Positions 12,601 to 24,000 of a stretch of DNA of 64,000 nt are shown here, piece by piece (position 1 is the stretch's first letter; every line of letters starts with the position of its first letter). This DNA comes from Callorhinchus milii (Eukaryota). The notes beneath the pieces are model-generated. The model did not search any database and had not been told where the DNA came from. It saw only the letters and a list, made by a program, of their open reading frames with translations. Both the position numbers and the translations under genes were made by a program. The stretch lies in assembly GCF_018977255.1 (NCBI RefSeq), contig NW_024704742.1:16308001-16372000 (forward strand), written 5' to 3'.

Positions 12601-14611
12601 TTCCAAAATTTCAATTGTGATGAGCATTTGAGACAAAAATAATGTAAAATTGCTCATCCCAGTGATTGAATCCTTCCTGTTGTTACTATTCTTAAAGTCA
12701 TCGCTGACTTGACATATATCTGCTGTTAACAGCTATGAATCATGGTTTGCTGAAAGAAACAAACCTGGAACAAGAAAAGGCTTGTTGCTCCATTCACAGA
12801 AAAGCTACCCTCTCAATGTATCTATTCCTTCACTTGGGGTAAAGTATTGTGCAGATAATTCCAATCTCCATCAAGCATTACTATTGTTCAAAATTATGAA
12901 GTTACAATTGAAAAGTTGCTGTCTGGCTTGGTTGATAGCACTCTCGCCTCTGAGTCGAAAGATTGTGGGTTGAAGCCTGAATCGGGCCTTGGAACTCATA
13001 TAGTCTAAGCTTACACTCCAATGCATTGTTGAGGTGCCGTCCTGTGCCTCTTCAAATGGATGTTAAGGATCCATGGCACTATTCAAAAATTGAAGGGAGT
13101 TTCTTCCAATGTCTTGGACAACAATCCTCCAAATAAAATTGTCATTCACTCCATGGCTGTTTGTAGAACATTGCTATGCTGAATTGACTGCTGTGTTCAC
13201 CCACAAAAACATAGGTCACATTACTTTACGATGTATATCCTCTGAAGCGCTTTGGGATGTCCTCCTGACATGAAAGGCGTTACACCAAATTATCATTATA
13301 TTACTTATGGTAGAGAAATGTAAACTTGCTGCATTTATTTGCACATTAAAATGAAAGTAGACAGACATGTCAATTACCTACTTTCAGATGGAGAATTTAT
13401 TCTAATTAATAATCTTTTGGAATCTGCCATTTCAGATTGCTTTGCGCACGATTGACATTAACTCAAGTAACATCCCTTTGCTCGGACTGAAGAAATATGA
13501 CAGCCAAGGCAGGAAAATGCCATTGAACGCATATGCCCTGGATTTTTACAAGCATGGCTCTTTAAAGGCTTTGATGAATGACAACATGTAAGTGGTGCTG
13601 CTGCATTGCACTATGCTCTTCTTTTGATGCTAAATTTAGAGGAAAAGGAAGTGAAAAGAGAATATTTAAACATTTCTCTTCCTTTCAGGTTGCATCTGGG
13701 AGATGCCTATGTCATCCTCAATGACTTTCGTCTCGTTCTTAATTCAATCAGGTATGAAAGATGTTTGCTTACTGTAGACAATGCTTTTTGTACAGTTTAG
13801 TTACAGATGAATTCTCCTGTATTTGCTTAGAGACACGATTAATTTTTGTATCACAAAATACATTTTGGAATGATGCAATTCATTTTGTGTTTTCTGAAGC
13901 CACTGTTTGTCACTACAGTTACCTTGTGTTGTGACAGGAAAGCTGGGATAGATGGTGTTTTGCTTCGGGACTGCATTCAAGAAGGTGCATTTGGCAAAAC
14001 ATTGCACTATACTGAATACCTCCGTGGAATTAGAATCTGTCTGTAACAGTGCCAAGAGTTGGGCTAACCAGAATACTCCCGATTACCTTTTTATTGCACA
14101 TAACACTGTTGTATTCAGCGAGTACTATAAAATGTGCTGAAAGTTATTTTTTTCTTTAAAAAAGGTATAAACCGCAAAAATGAGTTGAAGGCAGCACCAC
14201 AGTCTGGAAAATGATGTAGAGAGCATAGCTTTTCCTATTAGGTGTTGTTTTATAGGATGTGTATAACTCTGAATAAGAGGCTCGCCATTAGAGTGGCAAA
14301 CACAAAGCATTTATAACCCACCAACAATCATAAAATTATTCAGTATAACTTAGTAACTAATTTCGCAAAACTGCAATCTGCCAAATATGTGGGTTTCTTT
14401 GCATTGTAGTGATGGTGAGCAAAAGAGGAATGTAACCACTCTGGGGGCAGAATATTGTTGTGAAGTATTTTGTTGTTTCAATGTTTTTCGCCCTTCTCTC
14501 CCCAGAACCTCCCTCAAAGAACTCTGCGACAACAAAGAGGACCACGTGGTGTTGGCATTTGAACAACTGAATGAGTCCTACTACCAAAAATTCGAAAAGA
14601 TAAAAAGTTAA
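478..14611 (+). CDS. DDX60: DExD/H-box helicase 60 (Ski2-like antiviral RNA helicase), 3' portion; 5' exons lie upstream of the window
   Basis: 14 GT-AG exons splice in frame: 478-605, 2173-2334, 3863-4004, 4282-4434, 4879-4983, 5688-5888, 6942-7046, 8010-8163, 8761-8885, 10572-10719, 12214-12368, 13436-13587, 13689-13751, 14506-14611 (TAA). Translation includes [75 protein letters not shown] and [20 protein letters not shown], collinear with the human DDX60 C-terminus as I recall it. Confidence 0.95.
690..1043 (+). mobile_element. decayed L2 3' fragment
   Basis: resembles the 3' part of the 44895-48673 element (accatcggtg, cactgg/ctccct tracts, ttgttgttg tail). Confidence 0.7.
1688..1945 (-). 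mobile_element. L2 3' fragment
   Basis: caacaacaa tail, ggatgtcccaaggcgc, ggccgaaggcacggtcaa; similar copies at about 22535-22790 and 34255-34487. Confidence 0.7.
2173..2334 (+). CDS. DDX60: DDX60 exon ([10 protein letters not shown]...NKLRKLAKR)
   Basis: tgtag acceptor, gtaagt donor, phases compatible with neighbours. Confidence 0.85.
3224..3587 (+). mobile_element. tRNA-derived SINE, long subfamily
   Basis: GTGGAGTCCTGTAGCTCAGTGGTTAGAG head (A box), L2-like 3' end, (TTA)n tail. Confidence 0.88.
3863..4004 (+). CDS. DDX60: DDX60 exon (...KIPEDCTYA...)
   Basis: tgcag acceptor, AAG|gtata donor; IPEDCTYA motif. Confidence 0.85.
4282..4434 (+). CDS. DDX60: DDX60 exon (ERGIGYHHS)
   Basis: Ski2-like RGIGYHH motif; an alternative in-frame acceptor at 4291 is possible. 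Confidence 0.92.
4879..4983 (+). CDS. DDX60: DDX60 exon (helicase motif [13 protein letters not shown])
   Basis: ctgcag|GTG ... CAG|gtatt. Confidence 0.95.
5688..5888 (+). CDS. DDX60: DDX60 exon (motif [11 protein letters not shown])
   Basis: ttgcag|ATG ... AAG|gtata. Confidence 0.95.
6942..7046 (+). CDS. DDX60: DDX60 exon ([10 protein letters not shown]...[15 protein letters not shown])
   Basis: cctag acceptor, GAG|gtaag donor. Confidence 0.92.
8010..8163 (+). CDS. DDX60: DDX60 exon (GFLDQEG...HLHYHEP)
   Basis: tatag acceptor, AAG|gtaag donor. Confidence 0.93.
8761..8885 (+). CDS. DDX60: DDX60 exon ([19 protein letters not shown])
   Basis: ggcag acceptor, AAG|gtatg donor. Confidence 0.92.
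9316..10223 (-). mobile_element. solo LTR (ERV/Gypsy-like) in a DDX60 intron
   Basis: TGTTAGAT...ATCTAACA termini, perfect 4-bp TSD GTAC (9312-9315 / 10224-10227); TATA-like TATAAG on - strand at about 9562-9567; strand is tentative. Confidence 0.75.
10572..10719 (+). CDS. DDX60: DDX60 exon ([18 protein letters not shown])
   Basis: tctag acceptor, gtaag donor. Confidence 0.93.
12214..12368 (+). CDS. DDX60: DDX60 exon ([10 protein letters not shown])
   Basis: ttcag acceptor, AAT|gtaagt donor. Confidence 0.85.
13436..13587 (+). CDS. DDX60: DDX60 exon ([19 protein letters not shown])
   Basis: ttcag acceptor, gtaagt donor. Confidence 0.93.
13689..13751 (+). CDS. DDX60: DDX60 exon ([10 protein letters not shown])
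   Basis: ttcag acceptor, AG|gtatg donor. Confidence 0.9.
14506..14611 (+). CDS. DDX60: DDX60 terminal coding exon
   Basis: cccag acceptor; [34 protein letters not shown]. Confidence 0.93.
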
Positions 14612-16050
14612 TGTCCTGGTTCCCACATTCATTATACCACACCAAAAAAAAACAAATCTGGATTTTTGGTTGTAACTTATATGGCATTGAAATTCTAAGT
14701 TGTACGCGCAAGACTAATTACTCCACATACTTTAATCTTAAGCTTAATTCTTTTTTAAAAGTAGACATTGTAGTAATTCAGCTGAAACCTTATTGCACTG
14801 AGCACAAAAAATTCTTTGGGTCAACAGAATTCAATGTTGATACAAATTTATCTTCCTACCCCATCAATAGTTTTGCTACCTGGTAGGAAAATCATAAATT
14901 TATTGCTTCCTCTTCTGCACCTAGCCAAACCTTCAGGTTCAGTCAGAGCGGGAGGTGAAATCAGATCAGTCATATTTCCCATTAAAACAGTGAGGCTCCT
15001 TGCCCTTCCTCACATTTGTCAAGTTGATGGTTTTGTAGTAGTAACAAACCATGTGGTCGGAGAAACTGTTTAAATGATGGACTTCTCCAGCCAGCGAAGG
15101 TTTTTAAAAAAATCTTTTTTGCAAGACATGTAAAAGGGGGAAGCACTTGAAAGCCCTCCCCCATCTTTCTCCCCCGCACCCCCCTACCCACACACACAGT
15201 AACATTCCTCTTTAATGTGCACATACAGAATTCGGGTGATACTTGGGGTAATTTGACGAAGTAGCTGTCTGTCTGCAGCTCTCTGTATTTGAACAGAATC
15301 TGCTGTGAGTGTACAGTTCCCTTACCCTATGGTTTTGTTTCCAAATTTAACTAAGAGCTCCTCCAATGTCCTAGTGGGTAAAGGGTACCGTCCAGTGCTG
15401 TACTAAGCCACAAAAGACCAGAAGCTTGCAGGTTTGAATCCTGGTCTGCTGAGGACCAGGCTACAATTGACTTCAATTGCCACTTGGTTAGGAAAATCAG
15501 TAAGGCTTCTTATGATTGCTCATCCAGAGACTCTCCCCTTCTAAAGGTGTGTACATGTATATGTAGTTGGGTGCGAACAAGATTGGAATCCACCATGATG
15601 CCCTCTGCAGTAAAATAGACCAACAATCAAAGTTTGCACATGAAGAATGCTTCCTTATGTGAGATACCATAGGGGCCCCTGTGGGACCATACCTCAGTAA
15701 AGGGAAAAATGAGTCATTTGCTGTCACAAGCAGGGGAAAAATTGGGGAGGAAAAAAGTTAGAGGATTTTATTCAGAAGCACACTGGCACAGTACATTGGT
15801 GTGCCAACGTGCTGTGTCCCAGAGTAGTGGGACTTGAACTATTGATCTTCTGAATGCTGAGTTCCCAACCTCAGGAATTTCCGCCCAGGAGGAAATAAAG
15901 TGCTGCTATACAGTCTTTGTAAAAGGTATTTTGGGCATAGTTATAACATTTAATTCCTGTTACATATTTTTCTTCAAAAAAAAGTGAATAGCAATTTGGT
16001 AAAAACTGTGGGTAAATGCAAAAATTCTTTAAGCTTTTTCATTTCAATGT

Positions 16051-16056
16051 AATAAA
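16051..16056 (+). terminator. candidate DDX60 polyadenylation signal
   Basis: AATAAA about 1.44 kb after the stop; another at about 15894. Confidence 0.35.
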
Positions 16057-17145
16057 TGAAGCACCTTTGGAAGAATACTTTCTTCAAATAAAGATGTTTA
16101 AAAAAAATTGTTTACAACTGTCTGCCTCTGTGCCATACCATGTCAAGGACTTATTTCTCAATTTCCAGCTACTCTGAACAAAAAGTTGCTTTGATTTTTG
16201 TAAAAATAGATAGCACTTGCTCCAGAAAGAATTATATTTTCTAAGGACATCAAGAAGCTGCTTCAAGGGCTGATGTGATGGGTTAAATTTGAGGCATGTT
16301 ACAGGTAAAATATTCATAATGAATCCATCCAGTATTTTGAATTGAGACTTCCTGTTTGCAAATATCCAACTGAGACATTCAGAAATTGGTGAACTAAGCA
16401 AACACTGGGGAGGGAAAGCCAGCTTTAGTTTTAAAACTAAGCAGTTTTTTTTCCCCCCAGTCTTACTCAGAATTGAGTTTTCTTCATCTCACAAAGCAGA
16501 AATGTCAATTAGCAAGGGCAAATGTTGTCATTTTGACCCAAACTAAAAGTCCTATTGGCCACAGCTAGAAATTGTGTACAATTTTCTATCCACTAAATTT
16601 GAAAGTCATTGGAATTTGTGGGAAAATGTAAGACTCTTAAAATACACACTAAATGGTGGTGCAGGCTGGGTTTGTGGTGCTGGAAGCGTTACGGGAGAAA
16701 GTCAGTGGAGGGCACAATGTTCCTGCTCCCACTCATTCTGTTCAGTTGCCAGCAGGTGGAGGGGAGATTTTTGTCTGCCGGACGGTCCCTCCCCCTGATT
16801 GTTCTCGACTTGACAGGAATGGTGATATTTGTGAAACTATCCTGGAATCTGTTCTGACTTCCTCTCCCTCCATTTCAAAGCCAAGCTCAAACCTTATTGG
16901 TTTGAATGTGCTTTGGACATCTTTCCCCTTTGAACCACCAGCTCAGGTGCTTCACCACCTGTACTGGAATACCCCTTCACAACCTTGAAATTGTGCCCTC
17001 TTGCCCTTCTATCTAAGTCTACTTAAACGTAAAATGGCTGTTTGAAGGTTGCTTTCGTCCTTAAATTACTTCTTTTGAACAACAGAGGTGGCATATTCAT
17101 TTTCATTCCCAGAGTGACAGATACACAAGTCGAAAGTATAAACAT

Positions 17146-17151
17146 TTTATT
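17146..17151 (-). terminator. candidate polyadenylation signal of the TRIM-nucleoporin gene
   Basis: AATAAA on - strand about 0.9 kb past the stop; a proximal one at 18052-18057. Confidence 0.45.
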
Positions 17152-18067
17152 GAACAAAAAATAAGGCATTGTAGTTGTGTAAACTGAAAAAAACATGTCA
17201 AAGGTCCTTCAGGAAACATGTAAAAGTGGACATTCTTGCCAATGAATACAGGCAGTTATGAGAGATTGACCTTCAACCACCCCCAAACTAAATAAAATTA
17301 TTAAAAAGCCAGTCTTAACACACTACCACCTCATCCTTTATTTCTCATGAATCAAGTTTATAACTAGGAAATGGTGTTTGGTAAAGTTACTTTAAAGAAA
17401 TAATAACTAGATTCAGAGTACATCAAATTGAAACTTCCTAAAGTAATTAGCAGACATTAAGTGTGAATTCTTATCTATCACCACTTCATAGTACCAGATT
17501 GCTCCTTATAGTAGTACATGTTGGTTTCAGTTTTCACTTGAAATTACCGCAAATAAAGGATTCATCTTGAATCTTCCTTCAGGCTTAGATCTTGTTCTGA
17601 AAGTCAATGCATTTAAAAAAAAATTCAGAATCATTAATTATTTTCTAGTCCCAATGCATTTTAAAAAAAAGTGTCTCAATGCATATTTCACTATAGCACT
17701 ATACTTTTCTCGTTCTCTGGTCTCAAACCTTGTACCTGTATCAGATGACTGCATGAAATGAACAAATTGTAACTCATGTTGCCCTTTTAATCAACAAAAA
17801 AAAATTCTGGCACTCGTTACGATGTGTGCTTGTGCAATTCAAATTTGTGATTTCAACATCACTTAACTTCCTGGACTCAAAACAACACACAGAAAATAAA
17901 GTTACATCTTGAAGAATTATTTCCCCCAAAAATCCAAGACTATTTCAAATGGTCATTAGGGATCCATACAAATATCCTCTCATAACATTGATCCACTCGA
18001 GTTGGAAAGGTATTTGTATATCAACACTCTTGGGGTTGTCTTTTCAATTCATTTATTCTTTCAATTG

Positions 18068-21000
18068 TCACAGCTCAACTGAGATGGGAGAAGAGAAAAA
18101 AAATATGAAGCCATAAGATATCCTACAACTAGGAAGCCATAAAAAAATTAGACTTAAAAAAAAGGACATCATAGTAAAAATAATCCTTGCATTTGATATA
18201 GCACCTTCCACGTTAGGAAGGCGTGAAAGGCGCTATATTTTGGCGTGGGACACTGCTATACGCAATTGGCTGCCGCGTTTTGCCAACAAAATATACAGTC
18301 AATTCACTTCACAGTATATTCTGTGAAGCGCTTTGAGACGTCTCAAAGACGTGATAAGGCTCTATATTAAATGTAAGGATTATTATTAAGGGTAATAATA
18401 AATTGAACCATAACAATAAGTTTAACATTGTAACAGATTTAAAAAAGACAGCACAGGCTCAAGCTCAGAAGAGTGAAGACAATGAAACAATGGATGCAAC
18501 CACTTTACACAGAGCTGAATATTTGGAATGGATTACTAAGTGAGGAATCAAATAGCTATTCGATGAAGAAAAATCTTTGCCAGAATTATATTAGAAACAG
18601 GGGAAAAGCTGCTTGAAGGGCAGAAGATTAAAACATTTTTTGTCTATTCCACTCAATTCCTTCACAATCACAAATTTGTAAAATGGATAACTTCAAATAA
18701 TTCAAAAATATACCTTCTTCTTCACTGCTGTGGTGGGCGGGTTTACTGTCACTGCAGAAGGCTGCTGGAAAGTGCAACTCTGTGGCCAGAGGCGTCTGCT
18801 CTGGAATCGGTTCAATTTCCTTCACTATCACTGCATCACCTACTGCTTCTTCCTCATCTTCTATACAAGTAAAAGACACACACAGAAATCTGTTACACAC
18901 TGACATCCATCTGTTCATCATTATCAAGGTATGTGATTCAAAAAGTGACAGCAGCCCTACAGAATTGATACCTTTAAGTCACAACAAAAATACATATAGA
19001 TTAAATACTTGTACAAATGAAGTACGCCAGGGTATTAAGCCATCTGGGCCATGCGTCGCAATGCAAACCTTAGAAGCTTTTGAAGAATTTCATATTTTTT
19101 TTAAACCAACAATCTCCCAGATAAAATTGCTAATTTACTTCATGGCTGTTTGTGGGACACTGTACATTTGTGTAAATTAAATGCCCCATTCACCTACAAA
19201 GATATATAGTCAATACACTTTACAGTATATCCTGTAAAGTGTTTTCAGATATCCTCACATCATGAAGGGCGCTATATGAAATACAAGGCTTATTAAGTCA
19301 AAAACTCTTCTACAAGGTTTACCTTGTATTGCTACTTGGTCAATTTCAGACAGGTCGCCGAGATTGTTCACGTTTGGGTCGGACTTTCCATTTACTCCTG
19401 AACAGTTTAGTCTCGCTTCTGGCAAATGACAAACCTCAACTGTGCTCTGCACGTTCTCGAAAACGTTCTTGAAAGCCAGAGCTGTCTCCTTTAGTTGGAA
19501 CCGCACAGCTAGATCTAGAACCATGGACTTCTCCTCAGAAAAATCCAGTGTACGCCAGGCCCAGCTGTCAAACCTGTTTTTTATTTGCCGCAGCTGCAGA
19601 TTTCTTGTGATCCAGTGGTTGGCACAGCATTTATTGACTGAGCTCCACATCACCACTCGAGATATTTTTTTTCTTTTATGTTGGAAAACTTTCATTTCGC
19701 CGACTGCTCGCTCCTTCCACTGTGAGGTGGGCCTGTCAAACTGATACAGCTTTGCCCTGTTAGAGAAGAGAACATCTTGATCTTCCATCTCTGAAGAGTG
19801 ATTAACTGGCGGGCAGGATGGCAGCATTTCCTGGGACTCACGTTTGCAGTTCCCTGTGTCGCTTGCATTGCTCTCTGACACATTAACTGGTTTATTTAAA
19901 TCCAGCTTGAACTGGAAAACACCTTCTGTCCCAAAGTTAAAAAGTGGACGATGAACAACAGGAGAAGCCAAAGGGGAGCCAGCTGTAATTGTTTTCTGAG
20001 CAGCTTCATCTTTTGGGCCATCATTCTGAACTTCCACCAAACTACTGCTGTCAGATGACACGGATGCAGCACTTGGCAGGACTAATGGAGATTGCCCTGC
20101 GTGGGACAAGGAATCCTGTGCAGAAGTGAATGCTTTTGGATTAATAAAAGCATTTTCTTTGACGAAGCTCTTAGCAGCAGCTTCCAGACAAGAAACATTG
20201 CTACTGGTGTTTACATTACTGAGGTAACATGCAGGATCTTTTTCATCTTCAGATGAACGCGGAGCTTTCATACCGCATATTTGATCGCCAAAAGCAGTAC
20301 CCTCTTTATCTGAACCATTAGCAGAACCCTCAAAGGGGTTTCCGAGAAATAAAGATGCTGTGCTACAAGGCTGCAATGATGAAAAGGATTTGATCTCCGA
20401 TACCAGTGACTGACCAGTTAAGGGCACTTCAAATGTTGAAGCTTCCTTTGGTTTAGCATCAGGATTTGGTGCGACAGAGTTTGGTTGCTGGCAGGCTGAT
20501 GAAAGATCCTTGCTGGGATTCACAGAAGTAAATGCCATGTGATTGGATATGGTTGAACTCGCAGCAGGCAAAACAAGAGGATTTTTGGCAGAAGTGGCAA
20601 ATTGAGGAGAGGCAACTGAGGAGTTACTGAAATTTGCTGTAATTACCACATGGTTAGATCTAGCTGAATCTGCTCTGCTAACAGTGGATGTTTGAGGAAT
20701 TAATGGCACTTCTGATATTGAGGCTATCTTTGGTTTGACAACATTACCTGCTGTTGCAATGCTGCTGGAGTGCTGCTTGGTCAGTGAGTGGCCCTCACAG
20801 GAATCCACCTGACTGGATCCAGTTGAATTGGTTGTGGAGAAGACGAAGGGAGATACAGCAAAAGAGGTGAAGAGAGGCAATGGTATTAAACTACTAGGAG
20901 TTGGGAGAAAATAGCTCGAAAAGCCTGGTAACGTTGAGAGGAGAGAGGATGAGGGTGGTGAGAAAGCTATCGTGGAAGCTGAAGCAATTGAAGAAACAGT

Positions 21001-24000
21001 GGTTGTGACATCACCTGCGCCTTCTTCCAGTTTGGAAGGAGGGGATGACACAGAGATAGATGAAACAGACTTGTTCTCTTTCAGGTTGAAAGTACCACTT
21101 TCAAATTTCTGAGTCAGCTTAAAGTCCTTGGACTCTTCCTTTGCTGCATCTGACTCAGAAACAGGAGCTGAACTTTCCCTGTTAGTTGCATCTGTACTTC
21201 CTGTGGCTGCTAGTTTTAGGGCCAGCATCGAAAAGGGATTAGGATCCATCATGGACTCAGAATTACAGGGTGTTGCAACGGAAAATACCGGTGCTTGTTT
21301 GCATTTATAAAATGTGGAAACAGGGGGACCAAACTTACAAGGCCCTGTTTTCAGCGAACTTTTGTTTATTTCACTTCCAAAATAAAAGATTGGCGCTGTA
21401 ATGAGCGAGTCCGCAGGTTGTGCGCTGGTAGCAATGCTAGACTTTTTGCCACTTTCTTCATCGATTTGCACCTTTGTAGATTTGATGGATGCATCACAGG
21501 CAGTTTGACTGTGGGTTTCAGACGTCAAAATACCAGTTGCGTTACTTGTAGCCGATTCTTTCTTTTCACATTTGCCAAAGGAGAAACCTGCCACTGCTGG
21601 TAATGTTTGTTGATTTGCTACTTTGTTGGCTGAAGTGCTATCAGCAGCCATTCCAAATCTGAAGGATGATTCATTGGACCAGTCAGATAACCAGAAGTCT
21701 CTAGGCTTACTGACCTGACCAGGTGGGGCTGCCCATGGTGGTAAACTAAAACCTGAATTGTTGGAGTCTTCTGATTTGGATATTGAGCTGGGAAGTTCAG
21801 TTTTTGTTAAACTCATTGCACTCAGAGTGATTGGGAGAGATTCTGTGACTTTTATTGTTTCCAGACTACTACTGATGCTTGTAATTTTCTCAGAATCATC
21901 CAAGATTGAAGGCGTAAGGTCAAGCTTCTGCTCTGGTGCACTGAACAACTTATTTAAGCCAAGGGGGTTGATGTCTTAGAGTCTCTCATAGGGAACTCTG
22001 AGTCAAGAGACAAATGCAAGTCTGAATTGCCTGCAGCCTGATCACAGACCTTTTTCACGCATCGACCCACTCTAAATTGCCTAGTGCCAGACTGTTTGGC
22101 ACTGTCATATTTTTTAAAGAAATCTTTAGAATTGTCAGAAGAAGACACTGCAGACGCTGCTAAATTTTCTGTATCCACCAGTTTTTCAGACACAAAGCAG
22201 TTCCAGTCTTTTCTGCAGGAATGATAATGGTTGTAGCGCAGTTCCTGTGAAGGCAACCAAAATATTTCCCATTGAGTAAAACAGTGAGAATATATTTAGA
22301 TCTGTAAAGAACACCAATTTATTTCTCAGTAAAATAGTCATTTCTAAGTAAAATAAACCCAGTGACATTTCACTGCAATACAAAGCCGTGTGCACAATTC
22401 CCAAACAATAAAAAACCCTCAATATAATTTTTTTTTAAAAATCACCTCTGCTGAACCTGTGAAATACTTCTGATCAGCAAATTCTTTGTTTAGTCTTCAA
22501 AATGTTGGGGCCCATTTCACAATACAATACAAATTTACATTTATATAGCTTTTCAAGTGGGGAGGCCATCCAAAGGTGCTTGACAGTCCGGGTTTTGCAC
22601 CCGAGCAGAGGGTGGTAGCCAAGGGGGAGTGGGGAGGAGAAAGATTACCGAAGGTGGGGCCAAAAAGGAAAGTCTTGAGACGGACCTTGAAAGAGTTGAA
22701 GGACAGGCAAATCAGAGGGAGTCCAGGATGGAGTTCCTGAGAATGGGGGCAGATATGCTAAAAGCCCAAAAGCCGATAATGGGGGAGGGAACATGAAGCA
22801 GATAGATATGCAGTACCTTGGATGACAGAAAATCTGTATTGAACTTAACAGAGATAAGCAAAAGTAAATGTAGAGTTTGCAGGTGGCATAAATAAAGTTC
22901 AAACTATTGTAGCGTTCAATCTGATAATATTTCTTTGAATCTCTATGGATGAACATGGATGTTGGGGATGGCTTTAATTTTATTTTTATGCAGTCTAAAA
23001 GCAATCAGTAGCACTTACCTCTAGAGTCATATTCTGGTATTCCTTCATTGCTGTCAAACAATAGTGATTGTGTTCCCCATGGGGGAATTCAAATTCAAAT
23101 CGCAATTGTGGCTGAAAGAGAATTTCTGTTTTTAAATGTAATTTTATTGTTGTTTTGTTTTCCCCTCCAATTTCCCTTCTTCTCCAAAGGCATTGTCTGT
23201 TGCCAGCACAAGGTTCGACACGCATCTAGCAACCTCAGATACACCTCCCCTCAAATTGATCATCCTGGATATGTGAGCATACACTGCAAGCTTGTGTGCT
23301 CTTTAACGACAGGGAGGTCATCACAGCTAAGTCTGACCCCGCCCTCACCAGAGGCTCAAAATCTCTCACAGTAAGCCTTAAGAACTGCAGAAAGCAGCTT
23401 CCAAATGAACAATGGATTTTAAAATTGTTCAAATTTCTGCACAACCTTACATCTTAAAAATAACAATGTTGAGGTTAAGATCATAAGATATTTTGACATT
23501 TAATAATAGCCCATGAGATGTTTGGGGCCTCTGATGTTGACATATTGGATATTCAAGAACGCTGGCTGATTTTCCCCTCCCTAACCCAGAAGTGTCAGGA
23601 CCAAATTTAGCCCTCCTACTGTTGCCCTTGCTGAGATCTGGTAAGCTCTTGAATCTGGAGCTTCCAGGTCTGGAAAGCTCAATTTCACATCAGGTACTAG
23701 TTTTAATAACTGAGTTGGTGGGAGCCAAATTGAATTTAAAAGATAAAAAAACTTGCTTTGCTTCAAGAAAAGCTGTGAATCACAATATTCTGGGAGCATT
23801 CCGTTTTTAAAATAAGCTGCAAAGCTCGTCACAGAAGCTTACTTGAAACTCGACGTGTGTACCATCCTTTGGCTGCTTCCATATTTTCAACAGTTTTTTG
23901 AATTTGTAACCATCCGTGTGGTGTTTACCCGCAGAATGATCAGTATCTGGAAGAAATACACCACAGAGCGTGATCAGTCTTGCCACTCAGTCTCCAATAC

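Noticed and set aside
19255..21948. Calling the 897-aa ORF the RANBP2 orthologue
   Set aside because: Only one RanBD; no leucine-rich N-terminus, zinc fingers, IR2 or cyclophilin domain; upstream exons encode a TRIM.
23235..23444. CSVC-containing ORF as a possible RanBP2-type zinc finger
   Set aside because: No W-x-C-x2-C...N...C-x2-C pattern, a stop follows quickly, and it lies in the intron between phase-compatible exons.
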